A DNA stretch of 63,494 bases from Gnetum montanum. Taxonomy: Eukaryota; Plantae; Gnetophyta. The stretch lies in contig MNCI01000296.1 in the NCBI GenBank assembly GCA_015680685.1, forward strand, positions 9,149 to 72,642. The letters are read 5' to 3'. A model generated the notes under the pieces. It did not search any database and was not told where the DNA came from. It saw only the letters and a list, made by a program, of their open reading frames with translations. The position numbers were made by a program, and so were the translations under genes. The number at the start of each line of letters is the position of its first letter. The stretch's first letter is position 1. This document shows positions 28,128 to 41,490 of this stretch, in pieces.

Positions 28128-31100
28128 TGATGGGACGCGATATCGCATGGGCCGCGATATCACGTACCCGATATCACATCATCCCCTGTGATATCGCAGT
28201 GCACCACCAGGTCTATAAATAAGAGGTGGCTCTCCCTTGTTTGGAAGTTCTAGGCCTAAACCGTAGTGAAACTCTGGCAGTTTTTCCTCTCCAAAGATAA
28301 AATAATTTCCATGTGCCCGCAGTAGGAGCTTCAAAGTGAACGGATTTTTATTCGAGCAAATATTGTTCTTGAACACAAGTTTGTGTACGGAAATAAAGAC
28401 GAACTTCTTGGATAAATCTTGCAGTGCATGGACTAGGCTAATTAGGAATTTATTTATTGTTATTTATTATTATTTATTGTTTAATTATTTAAATGCTTTA
28501 TTAGTTAATTAAATCTCTCTCAACCCTTCTCTCGTAGTTAAGTGCATTCAGTACGACCACTTCAAGCACGTGCGTTACGCTTGGTAATCCTAGTAACGAA
28601 TAGTGTTTGGTAACCAAGGTTGCATTGGTTCAGGGTGTGAACGGTAAGTGGGAATGGATGCTAATGCTAGCTTAATTAAGGCTTAGTTAGTTAGTTAAAG
28701 TTAGTTAATTAGTCTCTTCACCCTTCACCTCATTAGCATAGGAGATAAAACATAAAAACTATAAAAATTGCATACCTCAGACTTACTTAACCATACAAAC
28801 ATGAAAAATATAAGTAAGTCTGGGAAGACAACAAATGATTAACCTTAAGTGTTCCATGAGGTGTGTAGGCACTTAGTCTACGGAGTTCAAATGGATTGCA
28901 CATGTAATGCTCATATTCGTATGGTTGAGTGTAGGGGTACCTCGCCATTCATCATTGGCGCCATTGCCAGGGACTAAGTGTTTGTGCACTAAGTAGAACA
29001 TAGGAAATTATCCACATCATTGGGAGCTTAAACGAACCCTTAGGGTTAATTAAACAAAAAATTATATAATGGTTAATTAGCACATTGAGTAAAATAACAA
29101 TGTCTTCTTCTTCGAACAAAAGCAATTCACCACCTAGGGATCACACAAGAGACCATCGGCAATCTAATACACATAACCAAAATCTGCTAGTTCCTCAGGA
29201 ATACAGTGTGGTATATATTCACCCCAATGAGTAGATACCCAACTTTACTTTTATCCTCCATCAAGATGAACAGTTGCATTGGCGTGATTTGCAAGGTAAC
29301 ATAATGTTACCCCCAGATCGTGCAATCCCTAACATGCTCCTCCATGCTCTTACACAGATCGACATGACACAGCTATATGTTGAATACATTGTGGAAGATT
29401 ATAATGTAAGGGACTACCATCCCACAGAAGTGTAATGTCAACGAGATTTGCAGTAGGAGAGTTACCACACATCGTTGAAGGGAAAAGGCCCTCGTAATGC
29501 TTCGCCCTTCATAAGAGAAGTTAAGGGTGGTGAACCTATCTCAATAGGTTCTCCACAAGATAGTGTTCCCCCTCCTAACAATTATGAGGAGGTGGGGTAT
29601 CAGAACCTATGCTCTATGATACACAACCCTGGTTCTGATCCCCGTGAACACCAACTATTCACTGAGGGAACAAAAACACATGACAAGGGCGGGCATTCTA
29701 ATCATCATCATGATCGAGGCCATAACAGCTGAAGAGAAGGTAAGAAACATCATCATGGTGATGGTTCTCCTTCTTCTTCTCCTTCATCACATCATTCACC
29801 CTCTTCTTCCACATCAGGACGTAATCACAAAGAGCATAATGGTGAGGATAAGGGTAGGCACAATGAGAGACCTTGACGAGAGAGTCGAGAGCGAGGACAA
29901 GGGCAGTCAAGAGAATCAAGGCATGAATGAAGGGAAAGTAGGGAACAACGTAGACATCATAGATGCCATGAAAGAGATGATCATGACGAGCCCCTACTTG
30001 CAACCTGGAGTATGCTAGATATAACAAAGGCAGTTAAAATACCTACAAGGCATCAGAAAGATAGTCAAATCAAAAGTTTAGATATGAATAATATCCCATG
30101 CTTCGAAGGGGGATACAACGCTGATCCGCAAAATCATTTACAGGCATTTTACAATGCCTGCGCCTTGCAAAATATAGAGAATGAGTGGCAAAAATTAAAG
30201 TTATTTTCTAGGACACTCATAAAGGAAGCAGAGAGTTGGTACCAATCCTTAGAGCTAGAAACCATTAGGAGATGGAGTATGATGTTAGAGTTGTTCAACG
30301 ATAAATACCAAACATACTCCAAAGTGTCTAACTTGCGTAAGAAGATCCAAGAATGGAAGTAGGGTACTCATGAACCCTTGCATGCTGCCATGGGTCAATA
30401 CTATGCATTGCTACATCGTTGCCCGGGCCATGGTTATGCACAACTGGATCAACTACGTCACCTCGTCGATGGGCTAAGACATGAGACTAGGAGAACCCTT
30501 GGGACTTATGCCCAAGGGAGACTATCTAGACTTAGATCCCATGAAATTCATTGATTATTGGAGCAAGTAGCTAAAGAAGAAGAGGAGCAATGGAAAAGAG
30601 AAAGCGAAGAAGAATATAATCGCGATCCTTCCCTCTGAAAGAAGGAAGTGAGATTCTGCGATGAGGAGGATGAGTCACCGCTCGAGGAGTTTGTGAATAG
30701 AAGAACCTTGCCGATTCAAAAGCTAACAACAGAGGCATTAGCTAAGGTAGATGAAATATGGAGCTCCTTAGATAGTAAAATTGAAACTTTCCTAAAAATT
30801 ATAGAGGAGTTTAAGGAGGAACGAAGTAGTGACCATGGTAAGAAAAAGCAAAGAGATTCAGGCCATGCACGTGACAAGGGTAAGGGAAAAATGACTATCT
30901 CTGATGAGGTTGTGGATTCTAACACAGACAATGACGGTGGATGTAAGATTTGCCAATATGACCATCCTAAGGGATGTTGCCCAATCATCTCACATCTACA
31001 AGAGTCTGGGGTGTATACACTTAACCCAAGACTTAACCAATGGCAAGCACCCCGAAGGTTACCTTATTCCCAAGGTAACCCAAGGAAGTTCCACCAACCG

Positions 31101-34100
31101 TTAACGTATTATCCAAGTGGAACACCACCACAACCGATCAGGCAACAAAAGCAGTGGCAACATCCACAATCATGGGGGATGCCACCGCATAGACAAAAAT
31201 ACCCTTACCGGCAACCAGATCCTTATGGCTATTACATGCAGCAGCCAGTTTCTCCAAGTGACTCTATGGATCACGTAACCCCACAACGTCACTACTAAGT
31301 TCAGGAGTATTTTAGGACTCCATCTCCCACAGAAGATGGAAATGGAAAATACCACTCTTACATCAGTAGTTCCACTACCACTCACTCCAACAATGCAAGG
31401 GAAACTACCCACTCAACCGCAGCAACATAATGCTACGAGAGCTGCAAACCTTCAACCTGCTACTAGTTTTGACAACCATAAAAAGAGAAGACCTTTCTTC
31501 AGAACCAAAAGCCCAAACAAGCTCTCACAATCATAAGCGGTTGAGTCTATGTATGCTCCTCCAACATACAAGGCTTCAGAGCTCCCTTCAAACCAACGAC
31601 AGGGCTTAACGTATACGATTATTTAATCCATACCGTTACTGACTGTATCAAGGTGTGCCACCTTCCCAGGAAACTCTTTGACCCTAAAAGTCCCTTAATC
31701 TACCTCTAAGTGACCAGGAACGAACCACATAAGGCTCTTCTTGACTCAGGTTCCGGAGTCAACTTAATCTCATGAGAAATGTATCAAGCTTGGCACCTAC
31801 CTCCACTCAAGAAGAGCAATATTCAACTAGAGCTGGCTGACCAGTCCATCACCATTCCCTTAGGATTGGTGGAGGACATAATTACCACTGTAGGTGGTTG
31901 GTCATACCCAACTGATTTCCTGGTAATAGAAGTCAACAGTAAAAAAGGGGACTTCCCAATTATAATGGGGAGGGCATGGCTCAGCACCCCCCCCCCGTGC
32001 CTAGGAATCTGCGATTTTTCCTTGGAAATATCTAAGGAAAATATTTATGGAAAGATCAAGAAGAAGAAAGTTCCATGCATCACATACAGTGACTCAAAGG
32101 GTGATGACATGGAGGAATGCTCAGCATCTCCTGCATGCAACTGGTATGCCTAAGAAACACAGATACAACGGTGCTTGTATGTAGCAACCACACAACAAGA
32201 GAACACCTCATGGTTGATAGCTGATCAAGAATGCAGCCCATCAACATGCATGGAATGAACTGGAGGAACAACTCACACCCACAACGAAGGCATAGATACA
32301 TTGGAATACGAGCATCGCCGACTTCCGCCCCTTAATCTAAGAACATCAATTGGGAGAAGTTGGACACTTCTAAGAAATTCAAATAGGCATTCATTATTTC
32401 GGATCTTTTCCTTTCCATTCATTCATGGGGGAGATGGCCACCTATGCTAATCAATTGAGGCCCTCAGTTCTTTTACATTTTTTTTTACACATTTTTGTTT
32501 TGCACATTTTTTTTTACAAATTTCTTTAACTTTTCTTATTTTTGTTTTACAACATCATTAGACTTTTTCATTTATTTGTGAGTGTGTGTGTTATCCATCT
32601 TGTAAGTTTGTCACCCAATAAGTGTTCTTCATGATGGTATGAACCGTTGTTCTATTGGTTGTTAATGTTTGGTTTTTACATTTAAGTTATGATGTTGATA
32701 CTAAGGTATGTTTTTTTTGATATAGCAGAAAATGAGTCCACTTCATCCATTCATCCACAAAAGTCTATGGTCTCTCTTAGCTTGGAACTGTACAGTTCCT
32801 TTTTCAATAATCAGAACTATAACGAATTGGTGACTAGGCATTTCTCAAACTAAGGAAGGACTCAAAGCTTGAGAAGGGTGTGACTTCAAGGGAACTTGGT
32901 GCATTTGTGTTGGCCATTTTCTTGGGTACTTGGATGTTTTCTTCTTAAGTTTTCTTATCGTTTTGACGTTACCCAATTATCAGGAAGCTAAGTAAATAAA
33001 AATAATAAGTCTTTGCATGGTGTGGTTCTCACGCATAAAAACAAAAAAAAACATACAAGAAAATAAAAAGAGATAAAGAAGAAATAAAAAAGTGAGAATT
33101 CAAAGCACACCCCTTAGACGAAATAATCAGATGGGCTACAAGCACTAGTTATGGAACTAAAATGAACATGTTCCCTCTAACTAAGGCTTTTCTCGCTTCC
33201 CATTCTCTCTTCCCCTTTATTTCGTCAGAATGGTGGTGGCTCTTGGGGGAGGAATTCTTATTATTCAAGTGGATGGATTAGCCGAATGCATTAATGCGAA
33301 GTCACTGGATGTGGTTTGTTTGAGGTTGGACTTGGAATGGGATTTACTAAGTCACATTAATCATGAAACACACAAGGGGCTGTACACCAGCTTGTTCCTG
33401 AGACTCCATTACATTCTCTCCTTTCCATTTTTCTCTCCCCATCTATCACCTCATTGTTGGTTATATTAGTAGTCCATATCTTAGTGGATGCATTGTTTTC
33501 TTTTTGGTAAATTCTTATGGTTAATACTTTAACTCTTGTTCCAAATGACATTCCCAGAGCCTACAGACTCTTTGAATGTGGGTTTGTCAGGGCGTTAAGG
33601 GCATGAGCCTGCTTTGGGGAGCATCCACTGGCATTCCTATTTGGTGCACCAGTTAAATTATTTCCCTTAACATTTTTGCAATTCACTTTATTTTGTTCAT
33701 TTCCATCTTNNNNNNNNNNNNNNNNNNNNNNNNTCATGGGGGTCCTGGTCCAATTTTTTCGATTTTCTCCTAACCCCTACACCTTCGGTAGTCACCACTA
33801 TTATATCTCTAGATCTGCAATCAACCATACCACAACTCAGCCAATGGACCTTTCACTAAGGCAAGGTATCAACTGCATTGAAATTCATTTACCCTTGCTA
33901 ATATAAAGACTATGTTGTGTGTGCAGATGGCAATCATACAACAACATATTGGATCTGGAGGGAACACTTGGAATAGATCGATGCTGAAGCAGCTATGCAA
34001 GGAGAAAGATCAATGGCGCGCTTACGGATGGATGACGAAAGGCACAATCTTGGCATTGGTAGTAGCATACTTCTTTTCTCTTCTATCTTCTCTCTTCTCT

Positions 34101-35071
34101 CTTAGCTGCCAAATAAGGCCTAATGCCAAATGTATAAAGTGTTCACTCTTGTTGTCGTGAACACCAGTTTTTTTTTTCTGTAATGCTGATCCATTCACAT
34201 GTCATCCCATTCACCATTAGTTCCATTCAATCAATAATCCCATACCTTCCCAATATTTTGTAAGGAACTCAAGGACACAATATCGTGTACGTGATATTGC
34301 GTCATCCCCCACGATATCGCGGTGCACTACCAAGTCTATAAATAAGAGGCGTCTCTCCCTTGTTTGGAAGTTCTAGGCCTAAATTGTAGCGAAACTCTGG
34401 CAGTTTTTCCTCTCCAAAGATAGAATAATTTCCATGTGCCCTCAGTAGGAGCTCCAAAGTGAATGGATCTTTATTTGAGCAAATATTGTACTTGAACACA
34501 AGTTTGTGTACGGAAATAAAGATGAAATTCTTAGATAAACCTTGCAGTGCATGGACTAGGCTAATTAGGACTTTATTTATTGTTATTTAATGTTTAATCA
34601 TTTAAATGCTTTATTAGTTAATTAAATCTCTCTTAACCCTTCTCTTGTAGTTAAGTGCATTCAGTACGATCGCTTCGAGCACGTGCGTTACGCTTGGTAA
34701 TCCCAGTAACAAATAGCGTTTGGTAACCAAGGTTGCATTGGTTCAGGGTGTGAATGGTAAGTGGGAACGGATGCTGATGCTAAGTTAATTAAGGCTTAGT
34801 TAGTTAGTTAGTTAAAGTTAGTCAATTAATCTCTTCACCCTTCACCTCATTAGCATAGGAGATAAAACATAAAAACTATAAAAATCACATACCTCAGACT
34901 TACTTATCCATACAACCGTGACAAATACAAGTAAGTCTAGGAAGATAACGAATGATTAACCTTAAGTGTTCCATGAGGCGTGTAGGCACTTAGTCTATGG
35001 AGTTCGACTGAATTGCACGTGTAAAGCTCGTATTCGTATGGTTGAGTGTAGGGGTACCTCGCCACTCATCA
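28128..35071 (+). mobile_element. Element C: non-autonomous (gag + protease only) relative of B, inserted in the 3' region of B
   Basis: TSD GTATT at 28123-28127 and 35072-35076. 5' LTR 28128-28954; PBS TGGCGCCATTGCCAGGGA 28956-28973; 3' LTR ~34273-35071. Confidence 0.95.
29100..32150 (+). pseudogene. Element C gag and aspartic protease
   Basis: gag colinear with B gag (ORFs 30012-30362 and 30648-31298). AP motifs KALLDSGSGVNLI (~31730), LELADQS and PIIMGRAWL. No RT, RH or INT motifs follow. Confidence 0.88.
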
Positions 35072-36579
35072 GTATTCTTCAAATCAAGGAAATATTCAAA
35101 TGGAGTAAAAAGGGTGTGATGTTAAGGGGATTCAACACATTTGTGCTAGTTATTCTCTTGGGTACTTGAATGTTTTTCATAGGTTTTCTGCTGTTCCACT
35201 ATTGACCAATATTAGGAAGTCGACTAAATCAAATAAGTCTTTGCATGGTGTGGTTCTCACATAAAAAAGAAAACTAGTGGGAATTCAAAGCACACCCCTT
35301 AGACATAATAACAGAACATGGGCTACAAACATTGGTTATGGCATTAGAAAGACATGTAGCCATGCCTGAAGGTTGCCTCTAACTAAGGCCCTTCCTCACT
35401 TCCTGCTTTTCTATTCTTCTCCTTTTGGAATGGTGGTTCCTTTGTGGAAGCATTCTCATTGCTTCAGAAGGATGGGTTGGTCAAGTGTGTTAATGAGGTC
35501 ATTGGATGTGGTTAGTTTTAATCTAGATTTGGGTTGAATTTTATTAATTCACCTTAATCACATACTACACAAGGGACTTTACACAACCTTGATTTTGGGA
35601 TTCCATTCCATTCCATTCTCTCTTTTCGTATTGCTTTCCATATTCCACCTCATTGCTAGTTTTATGAGTAGTCCATATCTTGGTTGACGCATTTTTCTTC
35701 TTTCGTAAATTCTTGTGGGTAAGTTCTTAACCATTGTTTCCATATGTCATTCCTCAAACCTACAGTCTCTTTGGTTTGTGGGTTTGGGCATGCACCTACT
35801 TTGGGAAGGATCCACTGGCATTCCTTTTTGGTGCAATTGTTAAGTTCTTTCCCTTAAACATTTCTTGCACTTAACTATTTTTCGTTTCACCCCATCCATG
35901 ACATCCATTTTTGTTTTTGTTTTATTGACTTCACTGTTGTTATTTCTCTCATCTTTTTTGTTCTTTCGTTTCCACCCTATTACTACCAAAGGTTCGCTCT
36001 TAGTTATGGGGGCCTGTTGCAAGTTTTTACATTTCATTACTTATCTCGCCCCTACACCTTGGGTAGTTATTAGTTACAAACCTCTAACCCAGTATCTGCC
36101 ATACCCACAACCTAGCCAATGTGCTTCATATTGAGGCAAGGTATCAATTTGCATTATATCTTATCTATCTTTGCTGATTCATCATTGTGTTGTATGTGTA
36201 GATGGCAATCATGTGAAAAATGAATTAGGATAGGAGGGAGCACTTAGGATGGATTGGAGTTAGAGCATTTACGCAAGGAACACGCTTAATCATGTGGCCA
36301 TGGATGAACAACGGTGTGCACAATTTTGACATCGGCAGAAACATACCTCATTTTCTGTTTTTCTCTTTTTTCTTTCTCTCTTCAAGCTGTCAAAAGAGGG
36401 TCTGTATGTCATCTATGTACAGTGTTTACCACAGTGATTATGAACACCAATGTTATAATATGTTTGTCGATTCATTCATCGAGCACTTTGAGTATGTCAT
36501 TCCATATCACTGTTAGTTGTCGTTCAGTCAATAATCCCATACCTTCCCAATATTTTGTAAGGAACTCGAGGATGAGTAT

Positions 36580-36598
36580 TCATTCAATCATGGGGGTA
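36580..36598 (+). other. PPT of element B
   Basis: TCATTCAATCATGGGGGTA directly before the 3' LTR start TGATGAA at 36599. Confidence 0.85.
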
Positions 36599-37271
36599 TG
36601 ATGAATCATGATATCGGATCCCCAATATCGAATCCTTGATATTGGACCCTCAATATCGAATACGCGATATCGGAGGAACTAAAGCAATATTGGACATGCA
36701 ATGTCAGAGCCTATCTCATTGCCTATAAATAAGAGACCGAGACACTTAGTTTGGTATTTGTTTTTAATCGCTTAGTCATACTCTTTTAGTTTTTCCCTTT
36801 CAGAGTTAGAATTATTTCTGAGTGCCAGCAGTATGAGTCATAAAGTGAACGGATCTTTATTTGAGCATTGTATACTGAAACACCACAAAAATTTTAGCAA
36901 CACTTCCAGAAAACTTCAGAGCCTTTGAAACGGCTTCAAGCAGCCCACCATGGAGTAAGCAAGGTCCCCCTGGGACCCACAGATCATGACAACAAGTCTC
37001 GCTATCAAGAATCATCAGTTTCATGGTTAAAAAGTGCAATTTTGGCTAAGTACAATGTGCTTGCGTTGTGCTTACGCTGCACAACGTAAGGATCAGCGTC
37101 ACCAACTTTTGGGGCCCCGAAACTGAATTAAAACAAGCCAAATTCAAGCACAAGGACCATCCATAACCTTCACCAAGGTCCCCAGCAGCTCCTAGCCTCC
37201 AAAAAATCAAAATTCGGGCCTTAAATGAGATATTTTCAATTGATTACGCTGGGGCTACATTTTCTTACGCT

Positions 37272-37425
37272 GCATAGCGTAAACCACTATTCATCAGCGT
37301 AAACCACTATTCACAGCGTAAAATACTATTCATCGCGTGAACACTATTCACAGCGTAAACACTATTCATCACGTGAACACTATTCATAGCATAAACACTA
37401 TTCATCGCATGAACACTATTCAGCA
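37272..37425 (+). repeat. 20-21-bp tandem repeat (CAGCGTAAACACTATTCA) in the D 5' LTR; shorter array at 43783-43883 in the 3' LTR
   Basis: Direct reading. About 7 copies in the 5' LTR versus about 4-5 in the 3' LTR. Confidence 0.9.
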
Positions 37426-38352
37426 ACTTCCAGAAGATTCTCAGCATCAGCAACTTACAGAAATTCCAGAAAATTTTAGAAAAACTCAGGGACAAAGAAG
37501 TTTCAAGCAGGACAGATCAAATTTCCCTTGTACATTTCATTGTAAATTTTTATTTGTGGGATAGTCAGGCCCTCATGGTCTAAATTAAATGTACTTTCAT
37601 GGGCTTGAATAATCCATAAATTGTAAAATGCAATGCACCTAGTCAAGAACGTAGCTTGCCAACACAAATCCAACTCTCGCTAGCACACATCCAACCCGAA
37701 CACAACTGTCCATTGGATACATGTCACTAGATCNNNNNCCTATAAATACCCTGTCAATTCACATGAATCGGGGGAGGCAAAAAATTGGAGAAATTGGAAA
37801 TTCTTAGAGAGGACAGAACCTGCAATCCTTGGGTGCTCGGCACACCTGATTGTTGGCATCCAAGCATTTCTCACGTTCATCACATCACATTATCACATCA
37901 TCACTTTAGACGTCATCCCAGGGCTTAGTGCTTGGCCAGCCATCCACACATGTAGCTACACTTTGACCAGTGCATACATTTTTATTAGACAATACAATAC
38001 AGTTCATTGCCTTCCATTTACATTGTTTAGTTCTATTTATGCTTTGTTTACAATATAGCTCTGTTTACGCTTTATTTATAATTTAGTACGCTCTGTTTAC
38101 ATTTTGTGTCGCTATTTTCATTCCGTTTACATCCCGTTTACATCATTTACGATAACCCCAGCACTAGCCATAGCTTACGCTCAGGGAAGTCCTTGGTTGA
38201 TTTGCATGCAAACCATCCAAGGCACTCTGCCTTCGTTCCCTTTTCTAGCTTGCCCTCAAGCAAAGGCAGGGTCAGCTGTGGCTGCCTGATGATCTCTCGG
38301 TGTCTATTTCCCTTCCAGCCTTACACCGACGATTTAGGTCAGTACAGTTTTT

Positions 38353-38369
38353 TGGCGCTAGAAGGAGGG
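38353..38369 (+). other. PBS of D (tRNA-Asn type)
   Basis: TGGCGCTAGAAGGAGGG, complementary to the plant tRNA-Asn(GUU) 3' end as recalled; 6 nt after the LTR. Confidence 0.75.
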
Positions 38370-38449
38370 CTGAACTTGTTTTCTGTTTAATCAAAATGCT
38401 GATCACGTTACCTGTTCAAACGTTGCCCAAACCAAGTGCTGAAACTAAT

Positions 38450-38590
38450 CGCTGCTATAGTGTTCACACTGCTACAGTGCTTACGCTGCTATAGTGTTCA
38501 TGTTGCCACAGTGTTTACGTTGCTACAGTGTTCACGCTGCTATAGTGCTTACGCTGCTACAGTGTTTTGCGGCTGCTACAGTGCTGCTAG
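38450..38590 (+). repeat. 18-bp tandem repeat (TGCTACAGTGTTTACGC type) in the D 5' leader
   Basis: About 7 degenerate copies by direct reading. Confidence 0.85.
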
Positions 38591-38679
38591 AGTGTTTTTT
38601 CAACAAAAACACACAAAACGCATCCGTTTCAAAGTTGAATTCATCACAATTCGCACTTAGCTTCAAGCCGGTCTAAGTA

Positions 38680-41490
38680 ATGACTGCCACCAACATGGAT
38701 CACCTTGTCCAATACATGCATTACACACAACACAACGGTTCTGAGATGACTTCCTCTTACCTAGGATCACCATCTGAGTACGAGTACGAGTTCACGGCCT
38801 TGCTCGAACCCAACATCCCTTGGGGCCTTGCCTCCTCACAACAATCATAGGAGCACACGCCCAAGGTATTTTCTTCACAATCTACACACACTGGGGCCTA
38901 ACCCCAAGCAATCCAAACATCTTTTACATATGACGGGGCCCAGCCCCAAGCAACACAAGTACCTTATGCTTACACAGGGACCATGCCCAAACCTCCCCAA
39001 CCTCAACCAAACATTTACGCAGGCACCACATGTGCCATGCCTATTTCACCAGTGCCTTAGGCACCTGCTCATCATTCGTCCGGGATGACATTAAACTATC
39101 CATTGCTCGGTACGGCCTTAAAGTGCCAACACATGTCCGGCATGATGTTAAACTATCAACAACCATCTACCATGACATTAAACTCGCAAAGCCCACAACC
39201 GGTGATCCAACCCTTCACCGTACAACCTACGTGAGTCTAGTCAACACAACCGGCTGGTGAATCTATGAGTTGGGAACAAGTGTCCCAACTCATCTAGACT
39301 TTGACGAAGGAAATCAACTTGCTTAAGGCTACCTCCTCAGACACACCCAAGGTGGTGGACTTTTACCGTGATGATCCGATCTGACCTATGGTCCCACCCC
39401 TTACATGACCCGCGGGCTATTCATTGCCACATCTGATAAAATACAATGATCATAGTGACCCCAATGCACATATCATCACATTCTGCACAGAAGCCATCAC
39501 ATTGCACTCCTAGCCACATGCCATTCTATGCCTCTTTCCCCTTTCGCTCACTAGAAAAGCTTTAGACTGGTATCGTGCCCTACCTCGAGCTTCCATCGCA
39601 TCCCTCGAGGACCTCATACACTAGTTTGTGACATGCTTTAGATAAAACATCATACTTGAAGTAACAATTGACAAGCTCCTCCACGTCAGACAAGGACCCC
39701 TAGAGCCCATACTACCCTTCCTCCAGCGATGGAGTGCCAAAGCTAATGAAATGCATGAGCTGATCGCAGATACACATCTCTTGGCAATCTTCAAGGATGT
39801 AGTCAATGACTTCATCAAGTTCAAACTGCTCTACCTGGCTCCAAAGTCTCTTACCCAGGCCTTTGACCAAGCAAAGGGCATCGAAGAGGCAGCAAGAGCA
39901 AGCAATGACCCATCCTACCTGGCCTACAGGAGCCAACATAAAAAACAACAACATGCACAACAAAAAATGCAGCAACTGCAACCAACACAAATAGCGTAGG
40001 ATACACAAGCAACATCAAACGCAACAATTGCAACAATCATCACACCAACACATGCAACCAATAGGCCCGTGGCCTCAACACCCCAAGTTGCCAGCTCTAG
40101 CTCTAGTGCCACCACACAAGCCGCTCCTAGACGTGAGCGCACCCAACGCAACCACATACCCTTGTTGGGAAAACCTTTCCAATTTCTAGAACAGCTCCTT
40201 AACGCTGGTTTGATCTAATGCAAACACATGTCAGATGATGCCTACATACGCAACCAGAAACATTGTGAATTGGCATGTCATCCCACTACAACATACAACA
40301 CATGTGTTCCACAACATTTTGACTTAAGTGCATATTGCCACTACCACCAAATGTCTAGACATGACACAGACACTTGTTGAACTTTGCAAAATGATGTGCA
40401 AAGAATGGCAAAGAAAGGATTGCTCAACGCAGTGCAACCTGACAATCCCGCCTCCTCCGCCTCCACAAGCAAGGGGCCTCCCTTTGTCATCAAAGTGCCA
40501 CCGCATAAACCCACAACACCCTTTTTGGTAAAGGTTCCACAACAACCATCTATTAAGATGATAAACTAGCAACAACCGTCCATTGTGACGTTAAATACAC
40601 AAGTCGCTCTGACAACACCCACACCAAGCCCAAGTTACAGCAACTTGGCCACATACAGCAGTGGCAACCCAAGTCACCAACACCTAAACCACAAACTAGC
40701 CCTAGCTCTACCCCTAGGCCCACTAAACAACAACCCTTATGCATTGCCCCTCCACAAGAGCTCTACATCACAGCTCACACAATAGAAGAAGCTCCCACCA
40801 TGACAAACATAAATGACAACCTCGCAGACGTGCTATCCCATGCACACAATGCATTAAAACATAAGAATGTAATGCCTACCTTGCTCAACCTTGTCTTAAC
40901 ATCACCAGAGCATCGTCAAGCACTAGCACACATGCTTGCCTCCATCCCTGCGATAGAAAACATATCTCCAACCGAAGACGCCATTCGTGTAGCCATTACA
41001 TCCCTCGTACCACAAGATGCAAACACAATGACTCTAACCTTCCATAACAATGATGTCAAGATCGATCCCAAACGAGGGGAGGTCACGCATGGACTGCTGA
41101 ATACTAGTGTCAACATCAAAAAATACACAGTACGTAGAGTACACATCGATGATGGCACGGCAGAAAATGTTGTCACACACTCCATCGTCAAACAACTAGG
41201 CCTAACACACAACATTCAATAGACCGAAATTGGGTCTCTAAACTCCTTCAATCGAACACACGTAGCCATTAAAGGCACAATCCACATCACCTTTATGATA
41301 GGAGACCAACACCCCATGTTTGCAAACTTTACAGTCATCGACAAGATGCCAAACTACAACATGATCCTAAGACACCCCTGGCTAGCTAGGTCATGCGTAG
41401 TGTCATCTCCCATCCACCAAGAACTTCACCTCCTCCACGAAGGGAGGGAGATAATCATACGTGGTGACAATGCCCCATCCACCCAATAGC
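38680..41490 (+). pseudogene. Element D gag and aspartic protease
   Basis: gag KYNDHSDPNAHI, LFPLSLTRKALDWY, VRQGPLEPILPFLQRW. AP VRRVHIDDGTAENV (~41130-41170) and YNMILRHPWL (~41355). Confidence 0.8.

Noticed and set aside
33000-33160. Hammerhead ribozyme (stem followed by GAAA)
   Set aside because: No CUGAUGA core upstream, GAAA is not conserved in the B copy, and the putative cleavage triplet ends in G.
37734-37738. ~70-bp deletion in the D 5' LTR relative to the 3' LTR
   Set aside because: Coincides with an N gap, so it is an assembly effect.
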